Shown one piece after another: positions 57,017-64,000 of a stretch of 64,000 bases of DNA. The stretch's first letter is position 1. Each line of letters opens with the position of its first letter. The stretch covers positions 19,158,001 through 19,222,000 of the forward strand of contig OX597814.1 in assembly GCA_951406725.2 (NCBI GenBank), read 5' to 3'. This DNA is from Octopus vulgaris (taxonomy: Eukaryota). The position numbers were made by a program, and so were the translations under genes. Under the pieces are notes generated by a model that ran no database searches, was not told where the DNA came from, and saw only the letters and a program-made list of their open reading frames with translations.

Positions 57017-58956
57017 TCTAATTACTACTCATAATAGATCTTTTTAATTTTTGTCTCATGACCAGTAGTTTTGGTGGGAGAGGGAAATTTGGTTGCACAG
57101 TCCTGTATTTAACTGGCCCGTAAGCTGAGTACAAGATAAGGTAGGTAGTACGAGCTGAGCACAAGATAAGGTAGTACTTTCGATTCTGGGCTTCCATGGT
57201 AAGCTGTGTACTTAAGCAAGGCAAATCATTTCACATTGTTCCAGCCTTCTTAGTTGTAAAATAGTACGAACCGAATACTGGTGCAGCTCTCTCCCTCCTT
57301 TTCTCATTCCTTCTTTTTTTCTCTCCCCCAAGTATCCTTGATGTTCCCCAGGAGGGCAATATTGAGATCGGTACATGTGTTCACTCGCACCTAAAACAAG
57401 CGAATACACAGTACACGTTATTAAATCATACAAGCCTACAACTGACGGTATCGTTCCATATATAAACATGCATACATACATGTGTGTGTGCGTGCGTATG
57501 TGTATTATGTATGTATATGTGTATATGCAAGCATACCTATACACACACGTGTACCCACACACGTGTACCCACATACATATACATATACACATTACTCAAT
57601 GTAGAATGAAAGAGGAAGGAGTGCTCAATACATGTAGTTTTGGATACAGTTTCCTATTAAAACAGAAGCGGCGATTTTGTCTCGCTACTTTAGTTTCACA
57701 CCACTGAGGGCCTCGGGCAAAGTATGTACATATTCCTAATTATTAAACTATTCTTTTGTAACGGTGTGTCAGAATTTTGTTCCCTCCATTTTCTTCGCTA
57801 TCTGGAGGATTTCCACAGTCGTCTGGTTAAACTTGTTCCTCCTGGCCTATTTTCGTTATTCTATGTCAAGTTATTTTCTTGGAATATTTTGTTTCAAATT
57901 TTTCATCAACCGTTTTCTAGATTTTCATCTATAATTATTTCCTTCTCAGCGCACGACGAAGATGTGGTGTCATAGGTTGGTACTATTAAGAAAAATGCTT
58001 TCTCGTCTATTTCTAATTCTAGGCCTAAGGATATTCCATTTTCCATCCCCAGAGTTTCGACTGGAGGGGCTTAGGAGGTGGAGTTTGTTGATATTTTTGA
58101 CATTGCTGATCTGCATTATGTAGGTTTACTTTATTTTTACTAAATTTTCTATTTCTTCCAGGCATTTACTTTCAAGGTGATTTTTAACAAACAGCAAGTA
58201 AGCCTCCTACACTGCGCTTTTATCTTCTACACTCAGCACTTTTTACACGACATTCTTCCAGTGTGACTTTGTAGCGTTACAACAAACGTAGCACGTAGGC
58301 TATCTGTCCTGTGTTATTAACCTTCTGCTCTCTGTATCATTACTTGTTTACCAGGTAATATTCTTGAGTGGCTCTGTAACATTCAGGTGCCATTAGGCCC
58401 CTTAAGACGTTACATTTCCTTAATTGTCCTTTGATAATTCGGCCAAAATGTGATTCACAAGCCGCGACCGTGACCGTGATCTTTCTCATTTCCAACGTCT
58501 TAAAATTCTTGTATTTCCTTATTCCATGTACAGGGGATTGGGAGGCGCAAATGCATAGCCAGAGATGCGTAAGAATACTTCAGCCAATGTTTTGGCTGTT
58601 TTGTATTTCAAATGCACAGCAGATTATCTCATATTTTATCATTTACAGTTCAGAAAACATCAACCGATGTGACCAAGAAGCCTGTTGCACTACTTAAAAT
58701 GAAGGAAGATTCTCTACGCCTCTGTTTCTCTTAACCTGATAAATATAGATTAGATCCTGTTATACAGAAATGCTGTTTGGTTTTACAAAATTTTTCCCCT
58801 TACATTTTTCCTGTAAGCTATGTCAAATCAAACACTTGTTTGTTTATCTTTTATTTAATGAATGTTAGTTTTGGCTGCTGTGTGAATGGATCACAGTATT
58901 TGAAATCGTGCTTGAGTCTCTACTCTGACTATTGTTGTTATTACCAATGATGTTAA

Positions 58957-59160
58957 AGCGATGAGCTGGCAGAATCGTCAGCGCGGCGGGTAGAATGTTT
59001 AGCAGCATTTTGTCCGTCCTTACTTTCTGAGTTCAAATTCAGCCTAGGTCGACGGTTTTTTCATCCCTTCGTGTTCGATAAAATAAGTACCAGTTGAATA
59101 CTGAACTCAATTCTCTCCTCCTGCAAAATTGCTGTGTTTGTTCTAAATTTTGAAACCAAT
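58957..59160 (+). mobile_element. SINE family B, degenerate, alternative tail
   Basis: GAGCTGGCAGAATCGTCAGC..GAGTTCAAATTC..GATAAAATAAGTACCAG. Confidence 0.75.
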
Positions 59161-60304
59161 GTTACATATTTGAGCGTTCCGAACGTGTGCTATTAGAGAA
59201 AAATTCTCTAAAATATACATTTAGCTGTATATTTTACTTCTATTTCTTGCGGGTGCCACTGTCATATTTAGTTTGGCCGCATAATTATGTGCGGGAGCCA
59301 TTTTGATTTCTTCTGGTTAGATATGGTCTCTCGTCATCTTTACACTGACCTCCCACCGATACTACGACAAAAAGTTGGGAATAAGTCAAGATTTGTCATC
59401 GTAAGTGATGCCTTTGCATTTCATTGCCAGAAAACTTGATTATGTTCGAATCGGTCGATTTGTGCCTCAATATTTCAATATTTCTTTTGAGATAGTGATT
59501 TCGGTCGCAAAACCACGCAGGGCCCTGTAGTTAATGTCACGTTCAATGAAAAGAATAACTCTCCATATATCGCGTTGCTGTTGTGAGGGCAACTAAACTG
59601 TATCTTCTTTGAGTGACACAAATGACTGAGTTTTCTTTTTACCTACTGGTTTATATATTGACCACCGTTTTCCTAAAGAGTTTCTCCAGTTGCATGTCGT
59701 TATTAATTCTAACACTTTCGCTAGGTAAAATATATGAACATGTCTGTGCTATTATCGTTGCCGATATTTGTTACTTTTATTGAGGTTGTTGACCATCTTG
59801 TACAAGGTATCGCAGAATTAACGATCTATTTCATTGATATCAGACATTTCTTTTCAAAAACTCACTTTTATCATGTTTAATATGTATGCAAATGTATAAA
59901 GTTTTAATTTCGTTATTAATTGTATAGATTTTATAATTTTTGTTTTATAATAATATTTTCATTTCTGTTGGATCCAGCTCGTCAGTCTACGACACAGTTT
60001 TTTTTCAATTTGGCTGCAATCATTTTCTGTAATCCGACCACGGGATGGAACAATAGTTTAGCATTCGGTTAGCAGCGCGGAAAATAAATCTTAAAATGCT
60101 TCAAAATGTGTTTCGCAACACTGGCGGTAGATTTCAACTTTGCAGGATACAGACGAAACACATGTTGAAAATTTTCAAATAAGTTTTCGCGTAAGATTTA
60201 TAAATCTATTTTGGTATCGTTATTAATTAATAAGCATAAAATTCTCTTAGTATCTATTCTTTTTAATTTGATCGATTTCATTGAAATTGATAGTTAATTC
60301 TGGG

Positions 60305-60461
60305 ATACCTATTTCTTTATTACCCACAAGGGGCTAAACATAGAGGGGACAAACAAGGACAGACAAAGGGATTAAGTCGATTTCATCGACCCCAGTGCGT
60401 AACTGGTACTTAATTTATCGACCTCGAAAGGATGAAAGGCAAAGTCGACCTCGGCGGAATT
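60305..60461 (-). mobile_element. SINE family B, 5'-truncated, ending in the first bases of a next unit
   Basis: Tail ...AATAAAGAAAT followed by AGGTAT. Confidence 0.88.
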
Positions 60462-60769
60462 CTGTGATACCTTGTATTTGTTTGCAGTATCCCAAATAAT
60501 TTTCTGAGAAAAATTATTGTTTTTAATTAATGGGTCCTTTCCAACACCCATTTACTCTCGTTTTAAATAACATCGTCTTCAAGTTCACTTTTTTACTTCT
60601 CCTTTGTGAGTAACAATACTCAATTTATTTGTCTGATTTGTATTTTTCTTTCTTTTTAAGAGTGAACATCTTTAAACCATCTTGATATGTGTAACGATGT
60701 TTACGAAATTCACAAGAAGGAATGGATAAACAATAGCCTTTCCACAAAATTTGAACGAATTTTACATAT

Positions 60770-61157
60770 AGGCGCAGGAGTGGCTGTGTGGTAAGTAGCT
60801 TGTTTACCAACCACATGGTTCCGGGTTCAGTCCCACTGCGTGGCATCTTGAGCAAGTGTTTTCTGCTATAGCCCCGGGCCAACCAATGCCTTGTGAGTGA
60901 ATTTGGTAGACGGAAACTGAAAGAAGCCTGTCGTATATATGTATATGTGTGTGTGCGTTTGTCCCCCTAGCATTGCTTGACAACCGATGGCGGTGAGTTT
61001 ACGTCCCCGTCACTTAGCGGTTCGGCAAAAGAGACCGATAGAATAAGTAATGGGCTTACAAAAGAATAAGTCCCGGGGTCGATTTGCTCGACTAAAGGTG
61101 GTGCTCCAGCATGGCCGCAGTCAAATGACTGAAACAAGTAAAAGAGAAAAAGAGAAA
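60770..61157 (+). mobile_element. SINE family A, full-length
   Basis: Family match. Confidence 0.92.
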
Positions 61158-61919
61158 GTGTTGGGAAGATTTCTGCTTGTAAAATAATCCAAAATTTGAA
61201 AGACAAAAAATTTCCATTTAAAATTAGTAAAACAGGAGATCTTCGTAGCTCACAGCATCATCAAAATACATAAGTCAATAACAGACTTGAAACAATACAC
61301 TCTCCCATGTATTCTTGCCTTATTACCTAACACTCCATATCATAACTCAACCCCAGCAGAACACAATCTGCTCAATAAAATGATACAAAGCATTCGATAG
61401 AACCAACATCCAATAATATAAATAAAATAATGTACACAGCACACAGTTTACATCAACAGTTTACAACTCTTTAGACTTTCTGACGCATCGGCAGTCAAAT
61501 AAGGAATTACTGACAGTACTTTTTGTGGAAACTTTCAAAAAATAAACCAATTAAAATCTAAAAGTGTTTGTGTGTGTGTAGTTGTATATATATATATATA
61601 TATATATACATTACAGATATAGGGTAAATAATTATCAATTTAATTTATTAATTATTAATTCTCGAAATATGTTGATGACGGAAATGAATTTGTATAATTC
61701 TAATCCAGAAACGCGTCCATAATTAATCGAAGACAGTTTGATTTCGTTACTTTTTCTTTTTGCTTATGTGAGTTAAAAATTTTGTTATCTGTGGAGTCAT
61801 ATCTGTGGTAAAAAGGAATGGGCTGTCTTTGGTTGCTATTTCTAAATTTTCGATGTGTGGTGAAGCAACTTGTTGCTTAACACTTAATTATATTTAATGT
61901 TATATATATATATATACAT

Positions 61920-62301
61920 AGGCGTAAGAGTGGCGGTGTGGTAAGTAGGTTCTGAGTTCAGTCCCACTGTGTGGCACCTTGGGCAAATAACTTCTACTAC
62001 AGCCTGGGCCGACCAAAGCCTTGTGAGTGGATTTGGTAAATGGAAACTGAAAGAAGTCCATCGTACATATGTATATATATGTGTGTGTGTGTGTGTTTGT
62101 GTGTCTCTGTTTTTCCCGCCCACAATATCGCTTGACAACCGATGGTGGTGTGTTTACGCCCCCGTAACTTAGCAGTTCGGCAAAAGAGACCGATAGAATA
62201 AGTACTAGGCTTACAAAGAGTAAGTCCTGCGGTCGATTTGCTCGACAAAAGGCAGTGCTCCAGCATGGTCACAGTCAAATGACTGAATCAAGTAAAAGAG
62301 T
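61920..62301 (+). mobile_element. SINE family A
   Basis: Family match. Confidence 0.88.
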
Positions 62302-62635
62302 ATAAATACACACATATATACACACAGACAGAGAGTAAGAGAGTGAGAGAGAAAGAGAAAGAAAGGGAGAGAGAATGTTGCATTGTTTTACTAATTATTC
62401 TTGTACGTTACAAAATTAGTATGAACTACTCCAATATACTCCAAAATATTAATATGGATTATCTAAAACTTTACAATATATATTGAAAAATTCACGACGC
62501 ATTTACATACCCTTTGCTGCACATGATTTGAATATCATTGCTCTGCACAATTAGCAACTAATAGCAAAACACAACACATACGCTTACATAACCGATATCC
62601 CATCAACCAATAACAACTTCCGACACAAGAACCGT

Positions 62636-62775
62636 GAAGACGCATCGCCTAGTAGATAGGTGTTCGGTTTATGATCAAGATCGCGAGTTCAACGCCTTAA
62701 TGCAGTGACATGTTTGGGAGAAATGCACTTGGTTTCAATAGCTTCAGTCTACTCAGCTGTAATGAGTACCACCCA
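62636..62775 (+). mobile_element. Old tRNA-derived SINE remnant
   Basis: GCCTAGTAGATAGG..GATCGCGAGTTCAACGCC, CAGTCTACTCAGCTGTAATGAGTACC. Confidence 0.4.
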
Positions 62776-63944
62776 AGTTCTGGCTGTTACACTTTGGATG
62801 TGACGCCAGACAAAATGTATGAAGGCCGAGGCTGTGTGTATGCTTGCTTATGACTACACACTCACCTGAAACAATTAGCGTAAGTAAAATACATCAGCCA
62901 GCCATTCTCGCTCGCGAGTGACGACTGTGTACAAGTGCTACCCAATAAGCAATATTATAAAGCCAACTCAACACCGTCTGTGCAATAACCAGACGTTGCT
63001 GTAGCACATAACACAGGTCATAAATAACAAAAAGTAAAAACATAACACGACTCATATTACATGCATTGTACAAAACATAAAATAATAAAAACGACCCTCA
63101 ACAATGAGAAACAGCTGTAGTATACAAATGCAACTCTATGCCCTAAAAACACAGTTGCTGCACACGCGTCAAGAATACAGAGCTGCACCTGGCGGTGCGG
63201 CACAAGTTCGCATGAATCTTTTGAAAACATGATGATGATAGTATTAATAACGATTTCTTATATAGGAACATCAAACATTTGGAAATGAACAGGAAGCATC
63301 AATAAATACAGAAAAACCTAGAAAAATATTAAAAATAAGGCAAGAAAAAATATTTGTTCAGTTTATGAGACAATGCAATCTGCTCTCTTGTGGTGTCGTT
63401 AAAAGTATTATATAAATGAGAGAAATGTAATTAAGATGTTTAAACGATACACTTGTAATATTTGCTGTGAAAAATATGAATAATTTGTATATCGCTAAGA
63501 AACAAATAACTACGAAGTTAGACTAAACATTAGACAAATATTGAACAATTACAAAGATCATAGAATAGATGTATGTGTGCGTGTGTGCGTGTGAATGTAT
63601 GTAGAGACACACATACATACACGGAGTAGAGGTATAGGTGTAAGAGTGTATAGTGAACTTATAAATATAAATATATGTAAAGTTTACTACATATAAGAAA
63701 AATAAAGGTTATATTATAGAAAGTATATTTATCGAATAGATGCTGAGGTGTGTGATTGGCTACGGTATGAAATAATCTTTGCACACACACACACAGACAT
63801 ACACACACGAATGTGTGTGTGTGTGAGTTTGTATGTGTGCCTACATATGTATGCGCGTGCAAACAAACGTATTTGCCTCAGACATTCGTGTTTCTTTCTC
63901 TCCCTCGCTTTCTCTCTTTGTCTTTCTATCTCTCACTCATTCTA

Positions 63945-63994
<50 letters not shown>

Positions 63995-64000
63995 TATACA

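Noticed and set aside
57780-60200. Possible very old LINE or pogo relics
   Set aside because: No diagnostic motif readable without a profile search

Overview
AT-rich, microsatellite-saturated eukaryotic DNA with a 100-N scaffold gap at 4188-4287. The SINE families and repeat load look like an octopus (coleoid cephalopod) genome; this is inferred from recognition, not tested. No intact protein-coding gene, rRNA, tRNA gene or CRISPR array is supportable, and almost all listed ORFs are microsatellite or SINE translations. The window is a transposon landscape. It holds three tRNA-derived SINE families, four non-autonomous Helitrons, a TA-flanked Tc1/mariner (Tc2/pogo-type) MITE and a piggyBac-like end. 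It also holds remnants of Penelope-like (GIY-YIG), R4/Dong (RLE) and Tx1/L1-clade retrotransposons, plus several hammerhead-ribozyme (HHR) motifs. Bases 1-4187 are a near-identical copy of 8891-12867, probably an uncollapsed haplotype. Most interesting: (i) a Tx1 family apparently inserting into (GATA)n, whose 3' end is shared by a SINE that forms precise 184-bp head-to-tail multimers; (ii) small (TA)n-embedded or palindromic elements carrying hammerhead ribozymes, including a 206-bp fold-back with an HHR on each strand; (iii) apparent partitioning of retroelement classes among different microsatellites.
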